Shown here: positions 18,417 to 28,121 of the stretch, in pieces
Layout of the letters: each line of letters begins with the position of its first letter
How positions within the stretch are numbered: position 1 is the first letter of the stretch
Assembly (NCBI GenBank): GCA_026395685.1
Contig: JAPLYG010000005.1
Location: 4,126-68,125 of the forward strand
Reading direction: 5' to 3'
From: Candidatus Parcubacteria bacterium
GTDB lineage: Bacteria; Patescibacteriota; Patescibacteriia; CAIXNZ01
DNA: 64,000 nucleotides
Notes under the pieces: model-generated
What the model was told of the DNA's origin: nothing
Databases searched by the model: none
Seen by the model: only the letters and a program-made list of their open reading frames with translations
Translations under genes and position numbers: made by a program

Positions 18417-19298
18417 ATGCTGTGTAATATTTGCCCTCACAATTGTAATGTTGATCGTATAACTCAATTTGGTGTCTGCCAGGCGCCTGCTGATTTTCAA
18501 ATTGCCCATATGCAACTGCATCAATGGGAAGAACCTTGCATTTCCGGCAAAAATGGCTCCGGCACTATTTTTTTCAGTCACTGTAACTTAAAATGCGAAT
18601 ATTGCCAGAACTACGAAATTTCTCAAAATGGATTGGGTAAGAAAGTTAATACGAATGAATTCTACGAATTGTGCCTTAAATTAAGAAATCAAGGTGCTCA
18701 CAATATTAATTTAGTAACGCCTACTCCCTATTCAGAGTTGCTGATTAAATTACTTCCGGAAATTAAAAAAAGGTTAAATTTGCCGATTATATGGAATTCT
18801 AATGGCTATGAAAAAATAGAAATTTTAAAACAATTTAACGGCTTAGTCGATGTTTATTTGCCAGATTTTAAATATGCAAATAATGAGTTGGCTTTAAAAT
18901 ATTCCCGAACTGCTAACTACGCCCCTACTGCTTTAACGGCTATTGAAGAAATGGTGGCCCAACAGCCTGATATTGAAATTGATGAACAGGGTTTAATAAA
19001 AAAGGGCGTGATTATTCGCCATTTAGTTTTACCGGGACAAATTGAAGATTCTAAAAAAGTACTTAGAATAATAAAAGATAATTTTCAAGATAAAGTCTGG
19101 GTAAGTATAATGGCACAGTATTGCCCTGCTTATCAAGCTCTACAATATCCCGAAATAAACCGCATTCTAAATCTTGACGAATACCGGGAAATCAAAGATT
19201 ATTTTCTCAATTTAAATTTTAAAGGCGGATTTGTCCAGGATATTGATTCAACCAGCAATAAATATACGCCGATTTGGCAACTAGACAGCTTGAATTAA
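18417..19298 (+). CDS. Radical SAM enzyme, second AmrS/PFL-activase-like paralogue
   Basis: CNICPHNCNVDRITQFGVCQ then CNLKCEYCQN. 293 aa, lacks the C-terminal Zn ribbon of the 1437 paralogue. No SD. Confidence 0.6.
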   Translation: MLCNICPHNCNVDRITQFGVCQAPADFQIAHMQLHQWEEPCISGKNGSGTIFFSHCNLKCEYCQNYEISQNGLGKKVNTNEFYELCLKLRNQGAHNINLVTPTPYSELLIKLLPEIKKRLNLPIIWNSNGYEKIEILKQFNGLVDVYLPDFKYANNELALKYSRTANYAPTALTAIEEMVAQQPDIEIDEQGLIKKGVIIRHLVLPGQIEDSKKVLRIIKDNFQDKVWVSIMAQYCPAYQALQYPEINRILNLDEYREIKDYFLNLNFKGGFVQDIDSTSNKYTPIWQLDSLN

Positions 19299-19343
19299 AA
19301 TTTTAAACCAAAAACCCTGAACGCATGCCCAAGGTTTTATATT

Positions 19344-20069
19344 TTAAGCAGCTTGTTGCTTTATTTCTGTTTTATTTTTTTCTTCATCTTCATTGGCTTT
19401 TTCCTGATCCTCAGGTTTTTTATTTACTTTTTTCTTTTTTGTTTCAGGCTTTGCAGGTTGTTTTTCCTGCAGGGTTTGAGCAGCATACATAAAATATAAT
19501 CTATTTGAACCATCAGCACTATTAGCATAAAAGCCCTTATCGCCATCTGATATAATTGTGTAATTTACTCCTTCCATGGCTGTTTTAATTTGTGGCTGAC
19601 TGGCGCGTTTAATTACGGCACAAAAGTTTGCATCAACGCCTAACGGCCGATAAACTTCGGGTTTGACCAGCATGATTGCCCTTCTCATTTCAGTAAACAT
19701 TCTTCTAAGTTCATTATATGCCGGTAAGGCCGTTGCCTTTTCTTTTGTAGCTTTCATTACACTGCTGGCTTTATTTCTCATTTCCATCAACTGATTTTCA
19801 TCTAAAATCGGTTTGCCTTCTAATTCTTCGTTAACCTTTCCTTCATTAGCTTGGATTTCATTAATCTGGGATGGAATAAATTTATCAGGATCAAAGGGAA
19901 TAACTTCTACATTTTGAAATTTTTCCGTAGAAGCTTCCAGAATTTCCCTGCCCAAAAGATTCACCCTCACTGCGTCAATTTCCTTTTCACTGGTAGCTTT
20001 TGGCAGTTGCTCTAAATTTTGAGTCGGTACTTCAATTTTTTTTAATTTTTCATTTGATTGTTCAGTCAT
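19344..20069 (-). CDS. Hypothetical protein with Lys/Glu-rich C-terminal tail
   Basis: 241 aa, no recognisable catalytic motif. C-terminal KKKKVNKKPEDQEKANEDEEKNK. Confidence 0.4.
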   Translation of the reverse strand: MTEQSNEKLKKIEVPTQNLEQLPKATSEKEIDAVRVNLLGREILEASTEKFQNVEVIPFDPDKFIPSQINEIQANEGKVNEELEGKPILDENQLMEMRNKASSVMKATKEKATALPAYNELRRMFTEMRRAIMLVKPEVYRPLGVDANFCAVIKRASQPQIKTAMEGVNYTIISDGDKGFYANSADGSNRLYFMYAAQTLQEKQPAKPETKKKKVNKKPEDQEKANEDEEKNKTEIKQQAA

Positions 20070-20083
20070 ATTTTTAGTTATTA

Positions 20084-20356
20084 TTATTTATTTTCCCAAT
20101 ATGCGTCCCCCTCGACTTCCATTTTAGCCAGGCGCGTATAATAATCAGGAATCTCATTAAGATGAGCCAAGGCAATTTTTCCCGTCATTAAGGGGTCATC
20201 GTTAGTAACATTGGTATTGGGATCGACTGTTCCGTGTTCCAATTCCACATCCATACCCATACGAAATTGTTCCACGTCCCATCTTGACCAATCAACGCCT
20301 AATTGTTCGCCGATTTTTTGCGCTTGTTCGCTAGTAAAAACGTTTTTTGCTGACAT
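20084..20356 (-). CDS. Small conserved hypothetical protein (ELEHG-motif family, possibly DUF5661-like)
   Basis: 90 aa. MGMDVELEHGTVDP. Confidence 0.35.
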   Translation of the reverse strand: MSAKNVFTSEQAQKIGEQLGVDWSRWDVEQFRMGMDVELEHGTVDPNTNVTNDDPLMTGKIALAHLNEIPDYYTRLAKMEVEGDAYWENK

Positions 20357-20391
20357 AGATTTAAAAATATTATAATTATATTATTAATATA

Positions 20392-21051
20392 TTAATCATT
20401 TATTATCTCGCCAGTCAAAGCATTTATTTTGACCGTCCAAACACCTTCGCACTTCTGATTTGCTGATTTAAGATTGCATTGTTTGATAATTGTCCAATAT
20501 GGCAGATTACTGAATTGTTCAGCTTTTAAGCCATAGCTAAAGTCTTCGCCGCCAATAAGCTGATATTTTTCAGATTCAATTGCAATTTTTTCAGCTTCAG
20601 CCAATGAAATTTTTATGCTGTCCGCGCTAATAAATACACCCGCATATGATTCTTCTCCGTCAATAGTAATACCAGGCTTGGCTGCTAAAATATTTGCGCT
20701 GGAAAACAGTATATCTCTTGATTTGCCCAGACAGATAGTTTCTTTAATATTGGTAATTTTATTAGTTTCTTCCTTGAATTGATCGCACAAAAGCATTTTG
20801 GCATTCCACATCGGCGCATACCCGCCGGATCTGATATATGTTCCTTCTGTAAGCCCTTGGATTGTGCTTAAATAAAATTTTTCTCCGGCCCATTTCTGTC
20901 CTTCATCTTTCACCTTATTAAAAAATTCTTCAAATTTAATACCCTTTACATTGCCTTGTTTAATGTTAACTTTTGTTTTCCCCCCCTGTCCGCAGGCAGA
21001 AATACAGAATATTAATATTGCTGCAAACAGTAAAATTTTAAAATTTTTCAT
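20392..21051 (-). CDS. Hypothetical lipoprotein
   Basis: Signal peptide plus lipobox ISACGQGG. Confidence 0.45.
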   Translation of the reverse strand: MKNFKILLFAAILIFCISACGQGGKTKVNIKQGNVKGIKFEEFFNKVKDEGQKWAGEKFYLSTIQGLTEGTYIRSGGYAPMWNAKMLLCDQFKEETNKITNIKETICLGKSRDILFSSANILAAKPGITIDGEESYAGVFISADSIKISLAEAEKIAIESEKYQLIGGEDFSYGLKAEQFSNLPYWTIIKQCNLKSANQKCEGVWTVKINALTGEIIND

Positions 21052-21142
21052 AATATTTGTTAAATACTTATTATTTACGCTAGTATCTTGACTTTAAAAA
21101 TAATTACCTTAATTATACTATTTTTAAGTAATTAATTAAAGA

Positions 21143-21170
21143 ACCCCACGCTTCTGGTAAGCGCGGGGTT
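21143..21170 (-). terminator. Intrinsic terminator downstream of serA-like gene
   Basis: ccccacgcttctggtaagcgcgggg with U-rich tail on minus strand. Confidence 0.45.
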
Positions 21171-21176
21171 TCATAG

Positions 21177-22358
21177 TCATCTTATAATTGACCTGACCTT
21201 TAGAATCTCCGGCAACGTGGAAATTTGCTGAAGCAGGCTTTCAGGTAAGGCCAGATCAAGATCAATAATATTATAAGCAATTGTCTCTTTGCTAGAATTA
21301 GCCATACCGATAATGTTAAGTCCTGCTTGCGTGATCAGTTCGCTGATCGCGGCAATCTGGCCGGGAATATTTTTGTTAGTAATCAAGAGCCTGTTCCGGG
21401 AATCCCAATCTTTACTAAAATTGGGAAAGTTTTTGGAATTGGTAATATTACCGTTTTCCAGGAAGTCGCGCAGCTGGGCAATGGCCATACTGGCGCAGTT
21501 TTCTTCTGATTCAACAGTAGAAGCCCCCAAATGAGGCAAATAAAAGGCGTTAAGCAGAGAAAAATTGTTGTTGGGATGGATAAAATCCGAGATGTAGCAG
21601 GCTATACTTTTTTCTTCAAACCGGTACATCAACGCTGTCTGATCAATGATTTCAGCCCGTGCAAAATTGATGATTATGCACGTCCTTTTTGCCCTTTGTA
21701 AAAGTTCATAAGTCAGCAACCCGGTAGTTTCCTTGGTCAGTTCAGTGTGAATGGTAATAAAATCAGCATGCACAATACCTTTTTCAAGGTCCTCAATCAA
21801 GCACATACTCTTAGTAAGATGCTCTTTCTGACTGTCTTTAAGATAAGGATCATATCCCCACACATTCATGCCCAATTTGGCTAAAGATTCAGCAACTAAT
21901 GTTCCAATGGCGCCCAGGCCAATAACCAAAACTGTTTTCCCGGCAATTTCATTGCCTTGAAACTGTTTTTTTTCTGCTTCAATTAGTTTCTTTTTAGAAT
22001 CAAATTCAAGAGTAGAATCAAGAATTTTTTTCATCCAGTTCAATGCGGGAATTGCATTGCGGCTGGCGCTGATAATAGCCCAGATAACGAGTTCTTTAAC
22101 AGCATTGGCATTAGCGCCCGGGGTATTAAATACTGCAATTCCCTTATTGCTGCATGCACCAATGGGAATGTTGTCAGTGCCGGCACCGGCTCGGGCAATA
22201 GCCAATAACTTGTCAGATAGTGGCATATCCTTGAGTTTCTCACTGCGAACCAAAATCGCGTCTGGCTCGCTGATTTCCAAGTCGCTGCCGACCCGGTAAA
22301 TAGAATTATCCCAATTGCCCTGTACCTTGTTATAAACCCTGATTTGAAACTGACTCAT
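21177..22358 (-). CDS. serA: D-3-phosphoglycerate dehydrogenase-like (2-hydroxyacid dehydrogenase plus C-terminal ACT domain)
   Basis: RAGAGTDNIP. NAD-binding VLVIGLGAIGTLVAESLAKLG. C-terminal ACT-like ~70 aa. RBS aaaggagg. Confidence 0.7.
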   Translation of the reverse strand: MSQFQIRVYNKVQGNWDNSIYRVGSDLEISEPDAILVRSEKLKDMPLSDKLLAIARAGAGTDNIPIGACSNKGIAVFNTPGANANAVKELVIWAIISASRNAIPALNWMKKILDSTLEFDSKKKLIEAEKKQFQGNEIAGKTVLVIGLGAIGTLVAESLAKLGMNVWGYDPYLKDSQKEHLTKSMCLIEDLEKGIVHADFITIHTELTKETTGLLTYELLQRAKRTCIIINFARAEIIDQTALMYRFEEKSIACYISDFIHPNNNFSLLNAFYLPHLGASTVESEENCASMAIAQLRDFLENGNITNSKNFPNFSKDWDSRNRLLITNKNIPGQIAAISELITQAGLNIIGMANSSKETIAYNIIDLDLALPESLLQQISTLPEILKVRSIIR

Positions 22359-22390
22359 GCTGCCTCCTTTTGGCGAAAATTTTACCTAAT

Positions 22391-22427
22391 AAAAAAGAAC
22401 TAGGTCTACCAAATTTAACACCTAGTC
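22391..22427 (-). terminator. Intrinsic terminator downstream of PEBP gene
   Basis: ctaggt...acctag stem with T-run on minus strand. Confidence 0.35.
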
Positions 22428-22457
22428 CCCTAATTTGTCAATTAAAAATATTGCCTA

Positions 22458-22985
22458 TTATTTTCGTTGGTATATCCCTATAATTTCCGCTGAATCTAAA
22501 ATATGTCCCTGTATAGCTTTTTCCAGATTATCCTTGCCTGCATTAGGCGTTAAATCTAACTTAATATCCAAGGCATAGATTTTAAATAAATATCGATGAG
22601 TGCCTGTGGGAGGACAAGGAGCCACATAACCGGTTTTGCCGGCGCTTGTTTTGCCTAAATTAGCTCCTTCAGGCACGCTATTTTCCTTAATCTCAGTTGT
22701 CTGCGGATCAATATTCCAGACTAACCAATGAGTATATGTGCCCATAGGAGCATCAGGATCATCAGAAATCAGCACTAAAGACTGCGTATTGGCCGGAACT
22801 TCGGCAATTTCAAGAGGCGGATTTATTCCCTGCCCGTCGCAGGTATATTTGGAAGGCAAATTAGCGTTATGAGTAAAAGCGGGCGAAGTTAGTTTCATAG
22901 AAATATTATTAACATTTAAGTTAACAGATTGTTTAGTACAACCAGTAAATAATATTATAAAACAAATTATTAATAATTTTTTCAT
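22458..22985 (-). CDS. PEBP/YbhB-YbcL family lipoprotein (Raf-kinase-inhibitor-like)
   Basis: Lipobox FTGCTK. DDPDAP...THWLVWNI (PEBP D-P-D-x-P...H-W signature). Confidence 0.75.
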   Translation of the reverse strand: MKKLLIICFIILFTGCTKQSVNLNVNNISMKLTSPAFTHNANLPSKYTCDGQGINPPLEIAEVPANTQSLVLISDDPDAPMGTYTHWLVWNIDPQTTEIKENSVPEGANLGKTSAGKTGYVAPCPPTGTHRYLFKIYALDIKLDLTPNAGKDNLEKAIQGHILDSAEIIGIYQRK

Positions 22986-22997
22986 AAATTTTGAAAT

Positions 22998-23043
22998 ACT
23001 AACTGTAACTTTGAATTTTGCATTTTACATTTTGAACTTTAAA
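22998..23043. promoter_or_regulatory. Conserved ~45-bp promoter-proximal block shared with csoR-operon promoter (50287-50327)
   Basis: actgtaactttgaattttgcattttacattttgaactttaaa vs actgcaactttgcactttaaattttgaattttaaa (one 7-nt indel, ~38/41 identity). Confidence 0.5.
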
Positions 23044-23045
23044 TT

Positions 23046-24755
23046 TTACCAGCTCCCTCCCCCGCCTCCGCCAAAACCTCCGCCTGAACCACCGCCACTA
23101 AAGCCGGAAGAACCACTGGATGCAGATGCTGGTGCAGTGTATAAAGAAGTACTGGCTTGGCTGGAGAAAGTATGCAAGCCGTTAATTAATGACAAGCTGT
23201 TAAAATGAGAAATATCTCCATTTGCATCATACCATTTGGGCGGTTCATTATAAATATCTTTAAATTGTTTGGCCCATTGCGTTTCTACGCCCAAAACCAT
23301 GGCATAGGGCAGAAGCTTTTCAAATAGTTCGGGATTTTTTTCCGGCGCATTATGAAATTTTATTCTGTCTTTTTCCGCTACAGTTAAATATTCTTTCAAG
23401 CCGAGAATCTGTTCTTTTGCTAAAACTCCTTTTTCTGTTTTCTTGGGCATAAAACGGCTGACAATAATGACGATTATGCCGGAAATGGTGCAGCTTACTT
23501 GTCCGATAGTAGTTTGCAGGGCATCAAGTGCCCCGTAAATAATAACAGTGGCAATAATTCCTAAAATAAGAAAAGTAAAACGAACTTTCTTTGGATTTTT
23601 AGGAAAATAGCCGTTAGTTACGCTAAGATTATAAATATCATTAGTTATTTCTGCAAAATCTTTATAAAAATCATCCTTTAAATCACTTAGCTTAACCTCG
23701 GTTTTATCTCCAAATAGTGCGGTTAATAATTTTTTTTCATGGCCAGGAGCTTCTGCCGGTAATTCTTTTAATTTAAACAAGGTAAAACTCTTACCGGTTC
23801 TCTGCCGTTGTATTTTTAAACAGCCTTTGACAGCCAAATTTATTATTTCAGCTGAAATATCTTTTTTTTCTGTTTTTTCATCAATTATTGTACCGACCTC
23901 AGCCGGACTTAAGCCTTCAGGTGCATCGTATTCTGCGATAATAGTTCCCCGGCCAGCCGGATCTTTGCCTTTAAAAAGCCAAAAAATGAAACAGGCCAGC
24001 CCGATAAAAATAAAGACAAAACCTGCTTTATTATCCTCAAGAAAATCTTTGATTGCTTGTTCTTGAGTGGGTTTTTGCACAATGCCTGTTGGCCAGCCGA
24101 AAACAATTGTTAAACCTTCATAAGCATTTAATAACCCGTGTTTATATTCAACACCGGAAGCTGCAGTGTCACTGGAACTATTTAAAATATAACCATTTTG
24201 AGCGCAGTTAGCTGTACTGCCATAAGGTCCTACATAGCATGTTGATTTTAGCTGCTTGATTATAACATTTTGCGGTAATAATACAGTAACGCTTGATTTT
24301 TCAATCGGCACGTTCCAGCCATCGCCAGTGACATTCCAGTACAATTCATCATAGTCGTCAAAATAATTAATAACCCGGCGTAACTTATAATTGATAACAT
24401 AAGTTTTAACACCGCTAATTAATATATCAGCATCCCCTATTTTAACCTCCATATTATCGCCCGGGTAGGTCACCTGATAAGTATAGGGGTGATTCTTTTC
24501 ATCAGTAACGCTCACCCCCAATACTCTGACATTATATTTATTATTTTCCCTTGCATATTTAATCGGAATATAGCGATAAATGCCATGTCTTTCTTCTGAG
24601 CCGAAATTATATTTGATAGTTTCAGTTACGTTGATCGTGGCATCATTATTAATCTGAATTTTTGAATCAAAACTATCAATTTTTTCCTGAGCCATTACGG
24701 GTAAGGCAACTAATAGTCCCAAACTTATGGCTAGAATAAATACAATTTTTTTCAT
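23046..24755 (-). CDS. DUF2207-family membrane protein
   Basis: Signal peptide, extracellular domain, TM segments. C-terminal GSSGFSGGGSGGGFGGGGGGSW tail typical of DUF2207. Confidence 0.7.
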   Translation of the reverse strand: MKKIVFILAISLGLLVALPVMAQEKIDSFDSKIQINNDATINVTETIKYNFGSEERHGIYRYIPIKYARENNKYNVRVLGVSVTDEKNHPYTYQVTYPGDNMEVKIGDADILISGVKTYVINYKLRRVINYFDDYDELYWNVTGDGWNVPIEKSSVTVLLPQNVIIKQLKSTCYVGPYGSTANCAQNGYILNSSSDTAASGVEYKHGLLNAYEGLTIVFGWPTGIVQKPTQEQAIKDFLEDNKAGFVFIFIGLACFIFWLFKGKDPAGRGTIIAEYDAPEGLSPAEVGTIIDEKTEKKDISAEIINLAVKGCLKIQRQRTGKSFTLFKLKELPAEAPGHEKKLLTALFGDKTEVKLSDLKDDFYKDFAEITNDIYNLSVTNGYFPKNPKKVRFTFLILGIIATVIIYGALDALQTTIGQVSCTISGIIVIIVSRFMPKKTEKGVLAKEQILGLKEYLTVAEKDRIKFHNAPEKNPELFEKLLPYAMVLGVETQWAKQFKDIYNEPPKWYDANGDISHFNSLSLINGLHTFSSQASTSLYTAPASASSGSSGFSGGGSGGGFGGGGGGSW

Positions 24756-24774
24756 AAAAATATAGTAAGTAAAA

Positions 24775-25275
24775 TTATTGAACTATAATTTGGCCTGTCA
24801 TGGAAGAATGAATCGCGCAATGGTAGTCATAGGTACCGGCCTGGGTAAAAGTAAAGCTATAACTATCGCCGGTATTTAAAGGCTGGCTGCCAAAAATTGA
24901 ACCCGCAATTTGATGAGGTGCCGGGTCGTCATTGGTCCAAGTTACTGTTGTTCCAATTTTCACAGTACGTTGCTTGGGATTAAAGGCAAAGTTATTAATG
25001 TTAATACTGACCGGCTGATAATCAGGCTGATTGCTGTTTGTATTAATAACAGGAGCATTAGGAATTACGGGAATGTTAACGGCTGGTACATTTAAATTTA
25101 TATTAGCATTTTTGTTTGCGTTTGAATTAATATTAAGTACTGGCAAATTCAAGGGGTTTATGGTTGCCGGCTTCGAAGAGTTTTTTGAAATGGTCTGATA
25201 ATAAAAAAATATTCCCAAGGCAGCGATTAAAAACAAAACCAGAACCAGGATTAGGATAATGATTTTTTTGTTCAT
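24775..25275 (-). CDS. Membrane-anchored cupredoxin (type-1 blue copper, plastocyanin/azurin-like)
   Basis: YDYHCAIHSSMTGQIIVQ (C...H...M ligands) plus upstream His. N-terminal TM, N-rich linker. Confidence 0.65.
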   Translation of the reverse strand: MNKKIIILILVLVLFLIAALGIFFYYQTISKNSSKPATINPLNLPVLNINSNANKNANINLNVPAVNIPVIPNAPVINTNSNQPDYQPVSININNFAFNPKQRTVKIGTTVTWTNDDPAPHQIAGSIFGSQPLNTGDSYSFTFTQAGTYDYHCAIHSSMTGQIIVQ

Positions 25276-25435
25276 AATTTTTTGATTTAAGATTATTATA
25301 AAATTGTATGTAAAATCTCAATTACTTCTATATTCGTGGTAAATTATAGGAAGAATAAGAAGTATAGGATAAGAGGGTCGAGTGTAAAAATCTCGTTTAA
25401 TCCTATGCTTCTCTATATCCTATCAATCATCTTCG

Positions 25436-26182
25436 TTAAATTTGTATTTTATTAAATAAATAAGTGCCAATTCCCAAAATAATCATAGCTGAAATAGCCA
25501 TGACTGTAAAATCAAGGCTTAAGCCAAAATATGATTGATTGATTAAGGAGTCGCGCAAAGCGTCTACTCCGTAAGCCAGGGGATTGAATTTAATTATGGT
25601 ATTTAAAACCAAGGGTAGGCTTTTGAGCGGGAATAAAGCGCCGGATAAGAAGAAAATCGGCATTATTAAAAAATTCATAATCAGCTGAAAACCTTGCATA
25701 TCCTGCAATAAAGAAGCAATTGCTGTGCCTAAACCCGTAAAGAATAAAGCGATTAAAAGCATGGCAAGAATTGCCAAAGGCAGCATTGACCAGCTTACAG
25801 GATGAAAACCAAAAAGTGAAGCTAAAATTAAAACAATTAAGCCTTGCATAATGGCAACTGTGGCGCCGCCCAAGGTACGGCCTATCATAATATTTAAACG
25901 GGAAACCGGCGCTACCATAGTTTCCTTTAAAAAGCCAAATTGGCGGTCCCAGATTATTTCAATGCCGGAAAACATAGCGGTAAATAAAATAGTCATGGAA
26001 ATAATGCCCGGAACCAAAAACTGGACATAACTACCCTCGCCCGCTTGCTGATAAACAGGACCAAAACCAAAACCAAGCGCAACTAAAAATAATAGCGGTT
26101 GCGCTAAAGATCCAACCAATCGTGATTTTGATCTTAAGTATCTTTTAATTTGTCTTAACCAGAGAATATAAATAGTGGACAT
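25436..26182 (-). CDS. ABC-2 type transporter permease
   Basis: Six predicted TM helices. ABC-2 family layout. Confidence 0.7.
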   Translation of the reverse strand: MSTIYILWLRQIKRYLRSKSRLVGSLAQPLLFLVALGFGFGPVYQQAGEGSYVQFLVPGIISMTILFTAMFSGIEIIWDRQFGFLKETMVAPVSRLNIMIGRTLGGATVAIMQGLIVLILASLFGFHPVSWSMLPLAILAMLLIALFFTGLGTAIASLLQDMQGFQLIMNFLIMPIFFLSGALFPLKSLPLVLNTIIKFNPLAYGVDALRDSLINQSYFGLSLDFTVMAISAMIILGIGTYLFNKIQI

Positions 26183-26216
26183 AATTTGAATAGTTATTCG
26201 TTGATCGGTATCGATG

Positions 26217-26253
26217 TTCGTTACGTTAAACGATTATCGTAAAACGTAACGAA
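26217..26253. repeat. Intercistronic nested inverted repeat between ABC ATPase and permease genes
   Basis: ttcgttacgtt aaacgattatcgtaa aacgtaacgaa: 11-bp perfect stem, loop itself palindromic (acgat/atcgt). Confidence 0.4.
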
Positions 26254-26288
26254 AAACTAAACCGCAAAACTTAATAGACTTTAATTTT

Positions 26289-27083
26289 TTATCTGTGCCA
26301 AACCCCCCTGCGTTGACGCATAATTTGCTCGCTGGAAACTTCTTCATCACGAAGTTTTTTTCCGGTCAGGGCTAAAAATGCTTCTTCTAAAGAATTAGTC
26401 TTGGTTTTAGTTTTCAATTCTTCAACAGTGCCGATAATTACTATTTTGCCGTGGTCAATAATGGCAATTTTGTCAGCTACTTTTTCAGCTTCAGCCATGT
26501 AATGGGTGGTGAAAAATACAGTAATCCCCTCTTTTTTGTTCAAGTCTTTAATATAAGTCCAGATATGATTGGTTGTCTGCGGATCAAGTCCTAAAGTTGG
26601 TTCATCCAAAAACATAACTTTAGGATGGTGTAAAAGTCCGCGCGCGATTTCTAAACGTCTTTTCATACCTCCTGAAAACCTTTTGACAAGTTCTTTTTTT
26701 CTGTCCCACAATTCCACGAATTTAAGCATATGCTCAATTCTTGATTTACGTTCAGATTTTGGTATTTTATATAAAACGCTGTGAAAATACATATTTTCAT
26801 AAGCTGTCAGCTCATCATCAAGGCTGGGGTCCTGAAAAACTATACCAAAAGAATGCCTGGCTCCGTCCTGATCATTGATTGAGCTGTGCCCGTCAATTTT
26901 AAGGTCGCCGGAGCTGGGGTTTAATAATGTTGTTAGCATTTTAATAGTAGTTGTTTTACCGGCTCCATTTGGCCCTAAAAACGCAAAAATTTCTCCTTTG
27001 GCAACTTCAAAGGTAATATCATCAACTGCGGTGAAATGTTTAAATTTTTTTGTTAAATTTTTTACTTCGATTATGTTTGCCAT
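26289..27083 (-). CDS. ABC transporter ATP-binding protein
   Basis: Walker A GPNGAGKTTT, signature LSGGMKRRLEIA, Walker B MFLDEPT. Confidence 0.9.
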   Translation of the reverse strand: MANIIEVKNLTKKFKHFTAVDDITFEVAKGEIFAFLGPNGAGKTTTIKMLTTLLNPSSGDLKIDGHSSINDQDGARHSFGIVFQDPSLDDELTAYENMYFHSVLYKIPKSERKSRIEHMLKFVELWDRKKELVKRFSGGMKRRLEIARGLLHHPKVMFLDEPTLGLDPQTTNHIWTYIKDLNKKEGITVFFTTHYMAEAEKVADKIAIIDHGKIVIIGTVEELKTKTKTNSLEEAFLALTGKKLRDEEVSSEQIMRQRRGVWHR

Positions 27084-27127
27084 ATACAGATTATACTAAA
27101 AAATTCTTAAAATGACAATAAAAAAGA

Positions 27128-27152
27128 GCCATCCTTCGGGATGGTCTCTTGG
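27128..27152 (-). terminator. Intrinsic terminator of 27168-27545 gene (UUCG-type hairpin)
   Basis: Minus: gagaccatcccgaaggatggctc followed by TTTTTTATT. Confidence 0.5.
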
Positions 27153-27167
27153 TAAAACAATGGGAAA

Positions 27168-27545
27168 TTATTCCGTATACGGATCATCTGTCACATAGGG
27201 CTCCAAATCATCGAGAGCCTTCGTGATCAGCTCCATATTTGCTTTATTAATGGCATTACCGCTCATTTCCGCGGCATTGTAGAAATTATAAAGGAAAACC
27301 AGCAAGCCGTTAATATCCAGCACTCGGTCATAATTGAGCATGTTGCCCTGATTGTCAAAGGCTTCTTTGAACAGGGTATCCAGCCTTACGCTGATGGCTT
27401 CAAGGAGCGGGATAAGTGAAACAAACTCAATCTCGGTCATGATCGAATGTTCGAAAATTCGATCCAGGAAAACTTCCCTATAAAGACGCTTGCCCTGGGG
27501 CTGAAAAGTGAACCTGGAATTGAATTCAGCCAAATTTTTGAGCAT
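27168..27545 (-). CDS. Hypothetical protein
   Basis: 125 aa. RBS aaaggag. Own promoter and terminator. Confidence 0.4.
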   Translation of the reverse strand: MLKNLAEFNSRFTFQPQGKRLYREVFLDRIFEHSIMTEIEFVSLIPLLEAISVRLDTLFKEAFDNQGNMLNYDRVLDINGLLVFLYNFYNAAEMSGNAINKANMELITKALDDLEPYVTDDPYTE

Positions 27546-27580
27546 GCTTTTCTCCTTTGTGGGCTAAGGAATTAATAGAA

Positions 27581-27610
27581 AGAACACAACTGACCATATT
27601 ATCATATTTT
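27581..27610 (-). promoter_or_regulatory. sigma70 promoter TTGACA-17-TAATAT (minus strand) for 27168-27545 gene
   Basis: Minus-strand ttgacaatatgataaaaatatgataatat. Confidence 0.5.
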
Positions 27611-27626
27611 TATCATATTGTCAAGA

Positions 27627-27653
27627 TTGAAAGATTAAAAAAAGCGTTCCCTT
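27627..27653 (-). terminator. Intrinsic terminator of 27666-28034 gene
   Basis: Minus: agcgttccgactaagggaacgct followed by TTTTTTT. Confidence 0.5.
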
Positions 27654-27665
27654 AGTCGGAACGCT

Positions 27666-28034
27666 TTACCATCCCCTTTTTTCCCGCAAATAATGACGAC
27701 TACATTCTGCCTGTGACGGAATCTCGCCAAAATCATCAAAGACATGGGCTTCAGACTCTTCCCTTATAATTTGGCGGAATTTTTCGCCATATTTTTTTGT
27801 AAATACCTTAATGGCTTCAGTAATTCCCTCAACATGATGCCTTTTTTCTCGATGATAAAATAAGGTATAACCTGTCTCATAACCTTTATCTCCAAAAAAA
27901 TAGTCAAACCAGAAATGCAACTCCCAAATCAGCGGGTAAAGCTGATCCCAATTTTCTTTTAAAAAATCAGGGTCATTACGATAAATACGGTTAAAAGACC
28001 TCTCAGTATGTACTTTATAATCCATCTTCATCAC
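27666..28034 (-). CDS. Hypothetical protein (His/Trp-rich, possibly DinB_2-like helical bundle)
   Basis: 122 aa. RBS AAGGAGGTG. WELHFWFDY...HREKRHHVEG. No terminator between it and upstream CYTH gene. Confidence 0.35.
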   Translation of the reverse strand: MMKMDYKVHTERSFNRIYRNDPDFLKENWDQLYPLIWELHFWFDYFFGDKGYETGYTLFYHREKRHHVEGITEAIKVFTKKYGEKFRQIIREESEAHVFDDFGEIPSQAECSRHYLREKRGW

Positions 28035-28121
28035 CTCCTTATATATATCCTAGACGAGCCTAGTTAAGAATGCAAGTTTTTATATAATTATTCCCTAATT
28101 CTTTTGATCTAATCAAGATTA

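Noticed and set aside
23011-23208. ORF encoding PPPPPKPPPEPPP
   Set aside because: Antisense translation of the Gly-rich C-terminal tail (GGGFGGGGGG) of the DUF2207 gene.
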